DNA of 124,000 nucleotides from Wallemia ichthyophaga EXF-994 (taxonomy: Eukaryota; Fungi; Basidiomycota): NCBI RefSeq assembly GCF_000400465.1, contig NW_008806277.1:20001-144000 (forward strand). The letters run 5' to 3'. Position numbers and translations under genes: made by a program. Shown here piece by piece: positions 76,538 through 93,038 of the stretch. The notes beneath the pieces are model-generated. The model was given only the letters and a program-made list of their open reading frames with translations, did not search any database and was not told the DNA's origin. Position 1 is the stretch's first letter. Each line of letters opens with the position of its first letter.

Positions 76538-77596
76538 TCAGAGCAAGACAGCAATAACTGCAATCACAGCGATAGACCAAGCCGATACGAGTTGGAGAGT
76601 GGCAGCAGCCGAGTCGTCGTCCTGACTCTGGCCCTTGCTTCCTTCATCGCCCTCGTTGCTTGAAGTAGGAGTTGGCTGTTGAGCGGCATTCAAGCTGCTT
76701 TGCGTGCGGCAGTTAGACGAGGAAGGAGTCATCTGGGCCGAGCTAGGCGTAGCCGTATCTCCGATAGTGTAAACAGTCTGCTGGCCCTCCTGTGTAAGAG
76801 TGCCGGTGTATCTCTGGGCGAAACTAGAGAAGCTGTTATCGCCGTCGCCCGCTACGCTGAACATACCAGGAGGGTAAGCAGCGTCAGCGTCACAAGATTG
76901 GAAGACATCCTTCTGTTCGTAGTCGCCGGGCATGATAAACCCGCAACCCATTTCGTCCAGTTTATGTTCGCACATGGTGGCCGCATCCCATGTATCGTTG
77001 CCAGCCGTGCAGACACGCAAGCAGAACTGTTCGTAAGAGATGAACTCCATCCACTCGGCATAGTTCTCATCTGTGCCCGAGACATTCGACGTAACGTTGC
77101 CGCCGATGGGGTTGCCCTCGCCAGTGGCGCCGTGAGGATCGAGCTCACCGCCGTAGTCCGCATCCTGCAGACCGATCTTGGTGAGGTCGCCCCAGCCGAC
77201 TACCTGTACGTAGAAGGGGGTCGTGATGAAGTGCACGCCAGTGAACGTGCCGTCGGGAATCAGACGTGCGTCGTTGCGCGGTTGCGTGCACCACGCTACT
77301 TGCTCCCCTTCTGTGTCACCGATCGTCTTGTTGGCTTCTTTGGGCCCGAATATGCAGAAGTCCTGCGCGTGTCAGACAAGATTTTCACGCTTCAGCCTCA
77401 CTCAACTCACATCAATCGAGTTGACGGAGAGCAGTCGCGCGTTTGAGCCCGCATCGCCAGCTTTCATGGTGGGCGAGGGCGGGTTCGTGCTGCCCATAGT
77501 GCCCGTCGCGAGAACACCGTTCTGGGAGGAGTTGACGTCCTGTGCTGAGACGGCGGTGAGGGAGAGAGCAAGGAGAGCTGCTGAGAGATAGCGCAT
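76538..77596 (-). CDS. Secreted, probably GPI-anchored mannoprotein (Cryptococcus MP88-like)
   Basis: Signal peptide, DFCIFGP, VAWCTQPRNDARLIPDG, GGELDPHGATGEGNPIGG, hydrophobic C-terminus. Confidence 0.8.
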
Positions 77597-78133
77597 GTTT
77601 ATAATAGAGTAAGAGAGACGAGAATCAAGTCAGTCAGACTCGATTGACATGCTCAGCTGCGGATCAGCACTACCCGCAGCTTAGTGAAAAAAAGGAAGAA
77701 AACTAAACAGAGTACGCTATTGTAGCGGTGTGGGTGGTGATGAGCTGATGCACAATGTCCTCATGGCCAGGTACACGATAAGGCGGACCCAGTCGAGAAG
77801 TGTCGAGAGCTGTCAGAGTGAGTGCCTAGTAGAGAGGGAGTGAGTGGATATTTATGTCAGTGCGACATTGTGTGTGCCAGTGCGTGCCGCTCTATGTCCG
77901 AACGCGTCTGGCTAGTAATCGACACAAGGTCTATTGAAATTGAAGGGTCACAGGCTAGAAACAACTGAGGGGAGAATTGTGGAAGGCTGCTGAGAAATTA
78001 CAAGCCAACGATGCTGGTAATTTACTTGGAAATACACCGAAAAATCTGCGAATGGGCGATTTGAGGGACATTGCCATAGCAGCACCCCAAAAACGCGTAT
78101 GCGAATTGGATTTCGATTCAAAATGCAGCAACC

Positions 78134-79474
78134 ATGATATTGGTCGTGAGTAAATTGGATTTGGTTGTAATTGGCAGCGAGGGACACAGGATACTCAGGG
78201 CTAAGAGGCATCGCACCGCTGGAGAGCTGTTCGCTGCGTTGGACGAGATACTGTGTACGGCCGACGTGGATTTGTTGTCTGTGGATGGCTACCAGGGCAA
78301 TCAGCTAGACGCCACGCTGTATTTCCCGTCCACGCCACTCCAGCACCACTCGCAGCTCCACAATGCAACATACCTCCGCCAGCGCTACAACAGCCACATT
78401 CGCATACAGCCCAACCTCGACAGGACAGCAGCCCACTTTACCGCTATATCCCCACCTACTAACTCCATACTCGTCGGGCTCGGCCACCACAACCACATCA
78501 TTTTCCAGATACCAAGACATACTACAGCGCGTCTGCCAAAATACACACACGTGCTCCCGCACCCTCTCAACCCCTCCCTCGCCCTGGCATACATTCAGAT
78601 ACGCGACCAGGGTCTCGCACGCTCCTCAATACGCGACGCATACAGCAACGGCAACTGGTCCACCTTCAACAGCCTCGTCAATATAGTCAACATTGGTGGA
78701 TCCGTCGGGCTGGATAACAAGCTGTTCAGTTTCTACTACCCCACGCCTCAAGCGACGCTATCGGGGAGGCTGCAGGGATACTATCGCTATGAGTTGGGCA
78801 CACCGACCAACGAATTTGCAGACCTCCGCGCTAACTCGCGCTGCATCGTCGAATCTCAATTCCTCACTATCAAGCGCTATATCGAGGCATTCGAGCGGAG
78901 CGGTGTGATTGGCCAGGGATGTGCGGTGTATTTGACGGGAGAGCCCACCCAGTCAGGCTCGCTGTGCTCAGCGATAGCCAACATACTCGCCAAGAAGATA
79001 TACCTCCCGCATTCGACCATGTGCGAAAAGAGCACGCAGCACACACTCACCCCGTTGCTTGGCATGGGGCTATATAGCTGGTATAATGTCTTTCAACCAT
79101 CCACAGCCCTCGAGGAGACAGTGAGGTTTAGGAGGAAATCGTATAACCACTCCATCCCCTCACCTACCTCCACTCCCCCACTTACACCCCTCCTCACGCC
79201 TCAGATTGGATATCTCAGCAACCGAAGAGAGAGCGAAAAGAGTAATCTGACGCCGGTCGCCGAGCAGTTTGAACTGCCTACTATCACACCCACCACTATA
79301 TCATTCGAACAGAGGTACCAATTCAGCAGCCTCACTCAGCTCGAATTTGACAACGATCCTTATATCAAACCAGACAGCGATCTTGGATTGATCTATGCTG
79401 CACTTTTATGCGAGCATGAGCGGCTGGAGGCCATCTCTGTGGGAAGCTATGCGAGGAATAGCTGGAATGTGTAG
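78134..79474 (+). CDS. Divergent xylulokinase/FGGY-like (actin-like ATPase fold) protein
   Basis: FYYPTP, DLRANSRCIVESQFLTIK, IANILAKKIYLP resemble the xylulokinase C-terminal domain. Confidence 0.6.
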   Translation: MILVVSKLDLVVIGSEGHRILRAKRHRTAGELFAALDEILCTADVDLLSVDGYQGNQLDATLYFPSTPLQHHSQLHNATYLRQRYNSHIRIQPNLDRTAAHFTAISPPTNSILVGLGHHNHIIFQIPRHTTARLPKYTHVLPHPLNPSLALAYIQIRDQGLARSSIRDAYSNGNWSTFNSLVNIVNIGGSVGLDNKLFSFYYPTPQATLSGRLQGYYRYELGTPTNEFADLRANSRCIVESQFLTIKRYIEAFERSGVIGQGCAVYLTGEPTQSGSLCSAIANILAKKIYLPHSTMCEKSTQHTLTPLLGMGLYSWYNVFQPSTALEETVRFRRKSYNHSIPSPTSTPPLTPLLTPQIGYLSNRRESEKSNLTPVAEQFELPTITPTTISFEQRYQFSSLTQLEFDNDPYIKPDSDLGLIYAALLCEHERLEAISVGSYARNSWNV

Positions 79475-79583
79475 TAGGGGCTTCTGGGTGTCTTGGCATG
79501 TCTCACTTTGTTAATAGCTACAATATTATTTTATTCGTCATTAACTTGATCATGCATTCATTAAACATTTGCAGGCATAGCCC

Positions 79584-80046
79584 TCATTGTGTAGTCACCA
79601 CGGAATCCTTCTCAACAAACTCCACAGGCGACTCGCCCTCAAGTGTGCTAACCAGGTTTTGTGGAATGTGGCCAGTGAATGTCTTCATAATCCCATTGCT
79701 GGTGTAAGGGTGTGTCACTTTGCCGCCTAGAGTATATTAAAAATGACGTCATCAGACATGCACTACACACCAGTAGACTCAACCTGGCTGGCGTACTTGT
79801 GGATCTCGTCGTCGGTGGCTGTCTCCTTGAACATGACGATGTATCTGTCGTGTGATTCTGGGTTGTGTGAGTGAGTATGTGGCGTGGCGTATGCGGCCAG
79901 CACCCACCTGCGTTCATTCTGCTTATCTGCTCAGTCGATGGGATTACGATGTTGCGTGTCTGTGTGCTGTGTGTGTATGTGTACAATCCTCCCAGCGTCA
80001 AAGTAATTGTTACGAAAGCAACAGCTATTTTAGTCGAGAGGCGCAT
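79584..80046 (-). CDS. Peptidase inhibitor I9 (Pbi2/POIA-like), 3 exons
   Basis: Spliced DRYIVMFKETATDDEIHKYASQVESTG|GKVTHPY...FTGHIP...VEFVEKDSVVTTQ*. Confidence 0.88.
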
Positions 80047-80149
80047 GACTGCTATTGATAACGAAAGGTACGCGTGAAATGAAATTACTTATTTCGAATG
80101 TATAGTGTATCGTGTATCGTGTATCGGGAATAATACACAGTAAACACTC

Positions 80150-81979
<1,830 letters not shown>

Positions 81980-82033
81980 TTATCATTATAGCCATACAAA
82001 TCTATGTATAAAGCGCTAAAGCTACTTGTACAT

Positions 82034-84362
82034 CTACTGCCGAATCTTATCCATCCATTTCATAAATATGTTCTTTTTGCCTGCTTTAGCTGTGCCTGTC
82101 CGTGATGATGGTCTTGCTGCTGCCGTCATAGGCGAGCTGCCAATGTCGTTATCGAGTGCGTTTGCGTTTGTATTTGCATTTGCATTTGCATTCGCGTTCG
82201 TGTTTACGTTTACGTTCGGCGACGGTATCCTCTTCCCCCGTCCACTCTTCTCCCGCTCATACTTTTCCCGCTCGAGCTGCTCTCTCTCTCTACGCACACT
82301 AGCTGCATTCAGCCTCGCGCCAGCGGGCGCAGGCGGCGGCGATATTTGTCCGTTACGCGGGTTCGCGTTGGCTGTGCCGTGACTGACGCTCCTCTCTTTC
82401 ATGAACGTCTCTGACATTCCGCTGGCGAATTGGCCGCTGCTGTGTGGCGGTGTAGGCTTGGTGTCTGCTACACTCTCTGCTGCACTCAGAGACCGCCTCC
82501 TGCTTCGTTTTTCCTCTTGTTTCTGCTTCTGCTGTCTCCCGCCGTTGGGTATCTCGGGTGGTATATCGTGCTCTCCCTTACTTCCACTCGCGTTTCCACT
82601 CCCACTCATGCTTTTCAGCCTCACTTTCCCAAACCAGCTGCTGTCTTTGTCGTATGTGCTCGCAGCATGGCTGGTAGATGGCCTCGCTGTAGATTTGTCC
82701 TTCTTGGCAAAAAGCGATCCTGAGGATATGGGTCGAGATGCTGAGCCTGCGTTGGAATTGTTACTCTTGCTTTTGATGGCGCTACTGTTTCCATTGCCAC
82801 TACCACTCCCCATCCCCACACTGCTTACCCTGTCTGCCCCCAGTCCAAAAGGTATATTGAGTGACTTGCGAGAGCTTTGAGATCCAGTGCGTTTCAGATC
82901 ACCACTTTTATTCTTATCTTTGTCCTTTTCTTTGTCTTTGTCATCCTTACTCTCCTTCTTTTCCTCACTCGCAGTCATAACCTGGTTGAGCTTCGACGTG
83001 CTGTTCACTTTAGAAGCACTGGTGAGTGGGGTGAGGGTGGGTGATGGTGGTGCACTAAAAGACCCTTTCTTCTTCAAGTACGACGCCTTGTTTGACTTGT
83101 CCTTGTCCTCCTCTTCCTCCACCAGCGGCACCTGAGGCGAAGGCTTCTCCGCGAGACCAACACTCCCTCTATCAAGATGGACAGTCTCGTAGAAGAAGAC
83201 ATACCCCTCTCCCGCCGGATCGTTTCCGAAGAATTTACTCAGTTCGTGCTCGTCGACAATCGACACCTTATCGTCGTCGAACAGCACCCATCTGTCATAC
83301 GACTTGATGATAGATACGTAATGGCCGTGGTGTGGGCCGCTGTAGGTGCATTAATGATGATTTTGGTAAGCTCGAGTGCAAATATTTACACACCTGCCGA
83401 TATGGATGATGACTGCAAAGAGACTATACATCCTGTCACTGTTTTCAGCACCCTGGCATGTGCTGCTGAGATTGGCAGGCTCGAGAAGGAACGGGAACGC
83501 AACGCGGTACGACAGTTTGATGTAGCGGTTCTGCTCTTCCTGATATTTGAATCGCTTGAGGTGGAGAGCGAGGATGTTTGGGAGCTTCTTGATACGCATC
83601 CTGAATATAGTACAAGGTGTAAGAGGATGGTTTAAACACTCTAATTAAACACTCTTACCATTTTTCAGCTTCCTGCAATCCTCCACAACCATCGCAGAAG
83701 AATTTGTTCTTCTGGCAGAGCATCTCGCGCGTGCTGAAGTTGCTCAGACACTCTGTGACATTGGAGTCTTCCTCGACGTTGATGCTGAGATCGAGAAACG
83801 ACTCATCGCGGTGGGTAATGTTCTCGCAGGTCATGCATTTCGTTTCATTTGTGAGCGTTCCTTCGAAGAGAGAATGTACGAGCGTGTGGGGGGATTTGGT
83901 GAGGCGCGTAAGATCCTCAGCGACTCTATTGAGAAGATAGTTGAGGAACTCATGCGCATCCTGGTGCGTCGTCGATCTGAACAGCTCATTTTCAATTCGA
84001 AGCCTATCGACAAATGATTTGGTGTGAGATACGCCAGTACGCCTAGGCTGCCTGGATATTTCATGGAAAAGATTACGGAGCACTGTGTACATGCTCCTGT
84101 CTACATCCGACGGCAGCCCCAAAATCAATTCTCTTAACGGGCGACAGAAGTAGAGAGATTGGAGAACTGAATTGCAGTAGCACGTATTGCCCAGATTATC
84201 CATCCCGTAGAATCTCTCGAGGTTTCTGTCTGCAACCTGCTCTGCACTCAGTCGCCGCTCTGTTTTCGGGTCCTTTACCAGCGCTGCATCGAGCTCCCTG
84301 CTGCTGATCCCGCTTTGAAGATCCTTGCTGGCTATTCCAAGCCTCTTGAACAACGAGGTCAT
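82034..84362 (-). CDS. Ubiquitin-specific protease USP12/46 (CreB/Ubp9-13 type)
   Basis: [34 protein letters not shown] box. Confidence 0.93.
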
Positions 84363-84419
84363 CCTGTGCGTCGTTTGCCGTGGCTGCTGTGATCTGAGAG
84401 AGATGAATTAAATAAACAA

Positions 84420-86753
84420 TTAAAATTCATCAGAATCATTTACATCGACATATTTATCTGCCAGCTCATCGTCATCGCTGCTCACGTCTATCATCAGATT
84501 CTTTCGTGGCCGCTGTGTTGGCTTTGTGTTTGAGTTTGTGTTTCTATCAAGCAGCCCAACCGCGACGCGTGGCTGATATATGTGATCTATCTTGCGTCTG
84601 AATTTCTTATAGTTCGGCATATCTCTATCACCTCGAATTTCCTTCTTTTCCTTCTTTTCCCCAGGCTCGTCACGCCTCCGCAGCGGAATGAGTTTCATCG
84701 GAATAATGCAATCGCCGAGAGCGCGCTGAAATCCACTCCCATCCAGCTGCAGATCATCATCAAAGTCATCTCCTTCCCTACCCTTCTTTCCAGCCTCTTT
84801 TCCAACCACTTTTTCAACTCCACCGGACTTGCTCCCAGGCACACTCTCAGGCACCCGCGAAGCCTGTCTCTGCGCAGCCGCTAATACCTCCTGCTCAGCT
84901 ATGCGCGCATGTTGTGCAGCTACCTTCGCATTCCGCTCTTCCAATAGCGTTTTCTTTCTCCTCATCATATGCTCATTGAGAAAATCGTGTTTTTGGGGCG
85001 CTGCCATCTGCTCCTCTACTCTCTCACGCGCCGTCTTGCGTTTCTGAATTATTTGCGGTGTCGGGGGTGGTATGTGCGATTGCAGCTGCGACAGCAATTG
85101 CGTCGGTGCGGGGGAAGACACATGTGGTGCCGTTGGCTGAGGTGCTGGGAAAGGCTCTTCATCGGAGTCGTCGATGTTTATTGTCTGCATTCGACGCGTG
85201 TTTGCTCGTCTGCGCAGGGTGCTTTGTTGTTGATGGGGCTGATAGGGTTGCTGGGGTTGCTTTGTTGGAGATGATTCCTCTGCTTTCTCTTCTGGCTGCT
85301 GCAATTGCGATGTCTCTTCGTGTTGTTTCTGTTGTTGTTGCTGTTGCGCGTTCGCACTTGTATGCACATCATCATCATCAGAATCATCAATGTTACGGGC
85401 CAATGCGCGTCTCGCGCCTGCTCGTTTACCAAGTTGTAATGTTGTATTTTTCCCTGGCTGCTGCGGTTGTCGCAATTGCACTGTTTCTGCTTTCTCCTGA
85501 GCAGGTGGTGCAGCTGACGTGCTATTTTCACCATCATCGTCTAGGTCATTAGAATGCACTCTCGCAGCACCGCTTCTCTTAATCAACTTTCTCTGTGGTG
85601 CTTTCGGTGCCTCAGCTTCCTCTATCCCATCCAGTGCTTTGCGCTTCCTGCTTTGGGAGGGCTCTTGAGAAGGTGCTCTAGAAGAAGAGGATGGTTGTGA
85701 TTCATGCCGAGGTGCATCTACTCTCTCTTCACATGGCACAGCCTCTAAACAATCCACATCAATCTCCATAATAGCTCTATTCACCGAGGAGCATTCCATA
85801 TGCTGAATACCAACTTGTTGAGCAGCTTGCGATATCGCATTCGACCATGCTACACCCTCGCCCAACAACCTGTCGCTTACATCTGTTGGGAGAATAATCT
85901 GGGTGTTTTTCGTACATGTGCGCTCAATTGCTGATGCGACATTGTCCGCTTTGATGGATGTGTTGATTGGTTTAACACTTGCACCGCAATGCGTTAGTAT
86001 GTCGATATAAGCAGATGATAGGAGATCAACAATCACGTAGAAGGTGTGTCCGCTAAATAACCTCAATCTACTCTCAGAAATGAGCCAGAAAGCATCAGAT
86101 TGAATTTTTTCATTGGAAACTGCTGATGGCAGATGATCTGAAGTGACAGTGGGGAGTATAGAATCGATATTGTCTGACAATATAGACTGGTAGACGCTTT
86201 CAAGGTAGCCTCTGTTGACGATAGGTTTGAGGGAGGTTAGAGCAGCGAGTACTTTAGTATTGAGAGATCTTTCTGGATGGACTAGGTAGTCATAGGAGGA
86301 CTTCCAATGACCCCTACCGAATTTTAAACCCTTTTCCGCGTAACAGAGTGTCTCAGAGTTGAATGAAGATTTTGAAGTGAATAGGGAGGAGACATTGAAA
86401 TGAATTGGGCGCCAAATCACAGTCATAGCGATAGCTTGATTGGCAAGGTATATAATGTCACCGTGTTCAATCTCAGTTGAACTGTTTTCGAGCATCGTCG
86501 GTGGGCTGTCTGGTTTGACTACTTTAGCTTTCTTGTTTGCGTGTATTGTGAGAGGATATTTTGCTTGTATATCATCCCTCTTTGTCACGTCAACATCACC
86601 GGCTATCACGTCACAGTGATTAGCCCTACTAATCAACTTATGGTTGAATTTGATTTCTGAGGATTTCCTTCCGATCGAAGTTGTCTTTGAGGGTTTCAAG
86701 AAAAAGAAGCTGTGAGTGTTTTCGTTGGTGTTGTAGCAGTCTAGTGTGTACAT
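84420..86753 (-). CDS. NBS1: Nibrin/Nbs1 (FHA-BRCT, Mre11-binding motif)
   Basis: FHA (SIGRK...ISR.NHC), BRCT-like region, C-terminal PNYKKFRRK. Confidence 0.8.
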   Translation of the reverse strand: MYTLDCYNTNENTHSFFFLKPSKTTSIGRKSSEIKFNHKLISRANHCDVIAGDVDVTKRDDIQAKYPLTIHANKKAKVVKPDSPPTMLENSSTEIEHGDIIYLANQAIAMTVIWRPIHFNVSSLFTSKSSFNSETLCYAEKGLKFGRGHWKSSYDYLVHPERSLNTKVLAALTSLKPIVNRGYLESVYQSILSDNIDSILPTVTSDHLPSAVSNEKIQSDAFWLISESRLRLFSGHTFYVIVDLLSSAYIDILTHCGASVKPINTSIKADNVASAIERTCTKNTQIILPTDVSDRLLGEGVAWSNAISQAAQQVGIQHMECSSVNRAIMEIDVDCLEAVPCEERVDAPRHESQPSSSSRAPSQEPSQSRKRKALDGIEEAEAPKAPQRKLIKRSGAARVHSNDLDDDGENSTSAAPPAQEKAETVQLRQPQQPGKNTTLQLGKRAGARRALARNIDDSDDDDVHTSANAQQQQQQKQHEETSQLQQPEEKAEESSPTKQPQQPYQPHQQQSTLRRRANTRRMQTINIDDSDEEPFPAPQPTAPHVSSPAPTQLLSQLQSHIPPPTPQIIQKRKTARERVEEQMAAPQKHDFLNEHMMRRKKTLLEERNAKVAAQHARIAEQEVLAAAQRQASRVPESVPGSKSGGVEKVVGKEAGKKGREGDDFDDDLQLDGSGFQRALGDCIIPMKLIPLRRRDEPGEKKEKKEIRGDRDMPNYKKFRRKIDHIYQPRVAVGLLDRNTNSNTKPTQRPRKNLMIDVSSDDDELADKYVDVNDSDEF

Positions 86754-86926
86754 TGAAGTGGAGTGGTAAGGAGGATAGTGCTTTGAATTGTAATGCTTGA
86801 AAGCTAATTGAATTGCTTGAATTTACTATTTCAGTTGAATTGAATTAAAGTCAAGTAATTTAGAAGCCCCTTGTTCTTGAACGGTGGTGACGTAGTAAAA
86901 TCAATTTAGTCAAATAAGAAGCTTGA

Positions 86927-89279
<2,353 letters not shown>

Positions 89280-89360
89280 GATTTCAACGATCTATGTAAA
89301 GAAAGATATATAGGTATACAGATATGCATAATGACGATAACGATGATAATGATGACGCTC

Positions 89361-90209
89361 TCACACACCACTCTTGCCCGGCCTCGCTACCAAAGCTGCA
89401 GAAGCCTGATTGGTGGGAAAGATGAGGGAGCTGGCAGTTTGGACGTGCGGAGGACGGCTAGTGACCCAGATGATATCTTCTGCTACATCGTGTGGCGTGA
89501 GAGGGTCTAGATCCTTATAGACATTGCTAGCCTTATCAGTATCTCCGCGGAAACGCACCTCGCTGAATTCCGTCTCGACCAAACCAGGCTGAATTTCCGA
89601 GACGCGGATGGGAGTGCTGATGAGTTCTTTCATGAGAGAGTTAGTGAAAGCTCTAGCAGCGTGCTTAGTGCTGCAGTAGATGCTGCCGTTAGGATAAGGT
89701 TCGATGCCGGCGATAGAGCCGATAGTGACGACATGACCGTTGTTACGCTGTTTGAAGTGGTTGACGAGTATTTGGGTGAGTTTGATAAGACCGGTGACGT
89801 TGGTGGAGTACATCAGGGCTACGTCGTCGTCGGCGATATCTCCCACAGCTTCGATGCCCTTGACTAGACCGGCGTTGTTGATGAGAATGTCGATGTGGGG
89901 GAAAGTGGATCGCTGGAGAATAGTGGAGATGTCTTCGTTGCTGGTCATATCTAAAGAAATTGCTTGGTGTGCGCCGTGGGGATTGAGTTGGCGTGCTTGA
90001 GCGACGATATCTTGCAGCCTGTCTAATCTACGAGCAGCGAGGAGGACATTTGCACCGCATTGGGCGTATAATAGGGCAGTGGACTTGCCGATGCCGCTGG
90101 AGGCACCAGTGACGAGGACATTCTTCCCTTCTGCGGGGGAAGTTAGTGGGGAATCAGTGAGAATAAGTATAAACATACGTAATCTATGAGTTGATAGAAT
90201 TTGGGACAT
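89361..90209 (-). CDS. Short-chain dehydrogenase (YdfG/YMR226C type)
   Basis: TGASSGIG, NNAG, YCSTK, IQPGLVETEFS. Confidence 0.93.
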   Translation of the reverse strand: MSQILSTHRLRMFILILTDSPLTSPAEGKNVLVTGASSGIGKSTALLYAQCGANVLLAARRLDRLQDIVAQARQLNPHGAHQAISLDMTSNEDISTILQRSTFPHIDILINNAGLVKGIEAVGDIADDDVALMYSTNVTGLIKLTQILVNHFKQRNNGHVVTIGSIAGIEPYPNGSIYCSTKHAARAFTNSLMKELISTPIRVSEIQPGLVETEFSEVRFRGDTDKASNVYKDLDPLTPHDVAEDIIWVTSRPPHVQTASSLIFPTNQASAALVARPGKSGV

Positions 90210-90273
90210 TTTAATTGACTATAGATGATGGACGTTCGGGTTCAAGAGGGTTTCTCTGTTCGCTACAGCCATT

Positions 90274-91317
90274 ATGTAAATTGGGTTTAATTGAAATGGC
90301 AGCAACTGATTGAATCAATCACAGGACACATGTACTCCCAGCTAATCTGTTAAAGGTGATTAGATAATCTTGTGTACGCTGGTTACTCACTCACAGTTGC
90401 AGCTATTTGCACCACGGCCACCACTCTCTTATGCTAAACCACTGGAGCGTGATCCAACGCGTGGAAAGAGGAATACGATTACAGGGATTGCCGGTTTGAT
90501 GGATTCGATTAGGTACGAGAATGAGAAAGTTACAGACGATCAGGATGAGAAGGCACAGCAGAATGGAATCAATGACAACGATAGGAAATCCCAACTTCAG
90601 GCTGAAAAAGCTACAAAGAGAAAGGACACCTTCAACAGCGCACTCAGTCAGTACAACCCACAATCAGACAGTGAAGCTATCGGTGATCCCTTCAAAACGC
90701 TCTTCATTGCACGCTTAACCGCTGAAACCAATGAATCCGATTTACGTAAGGAATTTGAAGTCTATGGCCCTGTGGAAAGAGTTCGTATTGTTCGTCATAA
90801 AGACACGGGAAACAGCCGCCGTTATGCCTTCATTATATTCGAAAAGGAACGCGATATGAAAGCAGCGTATAAGGATGCTGAGGGTTTGAAAATCAATGGC
90901 AATAGAATCCTCGTTGACGTCGAACGCGGTCGTACCGTAAAGAATTGGAAACCTAGGCGTTTAGGCGGTGGTTTGGGTGGTAAACCTAAAGTGGTTATCC
91001 CCGACTTACCTCCGCCACGAGGACCTCGAGGCCCTCCTGGTGGTTCTAGAGGTGGTTTTGGTCCTCCAGGTCCACGAAGAAGCGATGGCGGTGGTAGATT
91101 TGGTCCTCCAGGTGGTGGTCCTGGTCGCTTTAGCCGCGACCGCGACCGTGATCGTGATGGTCCTAGATTCGGTGGTGATCGCCCAATGCGTCACTGGGGT
91201 GGCCCTCCACGCGATAGAGATAGAGGTGATAGAGACGGCCCCAGAAGATCTTTTGGCGGTTTCAAGAGGGAATTTGACGGTGGAGACGATCGGGATGCCA
91301 AGCGTTATAGATATTAG
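90274..91317 (+). CDS. SNP1: U1 snRNP 70 kDa protein; start codon split by an intron
   Basis: AT|intron 90276-90324|G-THVLPANLLK|LFAPRPPL; RRM; VLVDVERGRTVKNWKPRRLGGGLG. Confidence 0.93.
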
Positions 91318-91393
91318 CTGGCTGGGTCATAATATGTGGTACTTTTGTACAAACGAATTTAATTATTGATTCACTAGTCTCTTCTTAACCGTG

Positions 91394-92950
91394 ATGACCT
91401 CATCACCGAATTCGAACGACTCGAAGAAACGCAAAATGAAATCCTTCGATGAGCTATTCGCTGATGCAGCACCGGAGAAAGCCAAGGGTACGCGACAGAC
91501 GACGCCTCACGCGACGGATGTGCGATGGCTGCGAGTGGGAGGAGGGGGAGCCGGGGGAGCTAACCAAGGCGATGATCAATCAGGCTATTGGTGGCCAGTG
91601 CGAAGTTTAGACGAAGGCGCAGTGGAAGTGTATGGCGACGACGGGCATGGATTCCGCCGGCGGGTCAAAGCAGACAAGGAGTCGCTGGCCACATTCAAGC
91701 GCGAGGGCGTAGTGCGATATACCCCACAGACCTTCTACACGCACGAAACTCCGCCTCCCTGTCTCGTCGACGCTTTTCAAACAGCCGTCAAAAGCGCCAG
91801 CATCGACGACGAGGATAGCAAGGATGACCTGCCTGATGTGGACGTAGCGTTGTATGTCTCAACCCCATCGGCTAGCCAGGTTGGGCAGGTTACCCAAGTG
91901 GACTCGGACTCGTCCCCGGTGAGCACACAAGGGCAGACTGAGACGCATTCAGGGCATTCAGAGCACTTGAATCACTCCCAGCACCTGATTCAACCCGATC
92001 GAGACATCAATATAGCGGAGAAGGAAGGTGTCTTGTCGCGCTACTACAAGTCATCCAAGACACACTGGCCAGCACGCGTCATTGGGTTTGACAGCGGACT
92101 CTACTTGCTCGAATTCAACGACGCGACTGTGCGCAAACTGCCGCGCGCATGTTTCTTTACGTGCGCCGAAAAAGGTTTTCGGGAGTGCGAGCTGGGGATG
92201 CTGGAGAAGGTGGGCGGGGACCAGAAGAAGAAGAAGCGAGGGGACAAGAGCAGGTATGAGTATGGGCGTGAGGGCGGGAATAGGAGTGAGCTCACCTGCT
92301 CACACACTCGCACTCAGCCTCGCATGCCCCCCACAGAGGTGTTTGGGGAGCTGGACATGGCGACACAAGTGCAGCTGTGTCTGCCCATCATCGACCGCAT
92401 AATCCACGAGCAGTACACGCCCGCTCTGGAGAAGCACAAGCAGTTTGTCAGAGGCGGTCTCTCCCGCAAGGCCGTTGGAAAGCAGGTGTGTTATGGGGAA
92501 TTCAGCGGCTGTCGCGACGAGATTGTGGAAATAATACGCGAGTATTTGAAGGTGTGTGCAGCGTGCTGGCTAGCTAGCTAGTTAGGCATACACACACACG
92601 AATACGCTAACACCCCGCTCACACCAGCCAGGCGAGGAGGGAGAGGAAAGTGCGCAGGAAAAGGCCTACGAGAAGCTCACGCCGCCGGAACGCGTTGCTT
92701 ATATGCTCGATGTACTTTTCCCGGAAGTGCTCATCCAGATTGTCATCCACTCGGAAGGACTGGATGGAGAGAGCGCGAGCGGATACAGGCGGGCGTGCGA
92801 AATACTCAAAGCGGAGTCTGCGGACCGCGACTGGATCGATAGGATCTACGCTCAGAGACAGTTCCACGAGCCGTCCACACCCACGCAGCAGCCCGAGCAG
92901 CAGCTGTACCACTCGTCAGGCAGGCCTGTGCGGAAGAAGACAGGGCGATA
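91394..92950 (+). CDS. Hypothetical nuclear protein with Tudor/PWWP-like segments
   Basis: YWWPVR and HWPARVIGFD segments; GT-AG intron near 92551-92625. Confidence 0.55.
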
Positions 92951-93038
92951 GTGGTTGTGGCTTAATCGGATTTGATTTTTGATTTTCGCGTACCACTTAC
93001 AGGCTACAGCCCAGCCATCCCGCTTGTACTGCTACACT

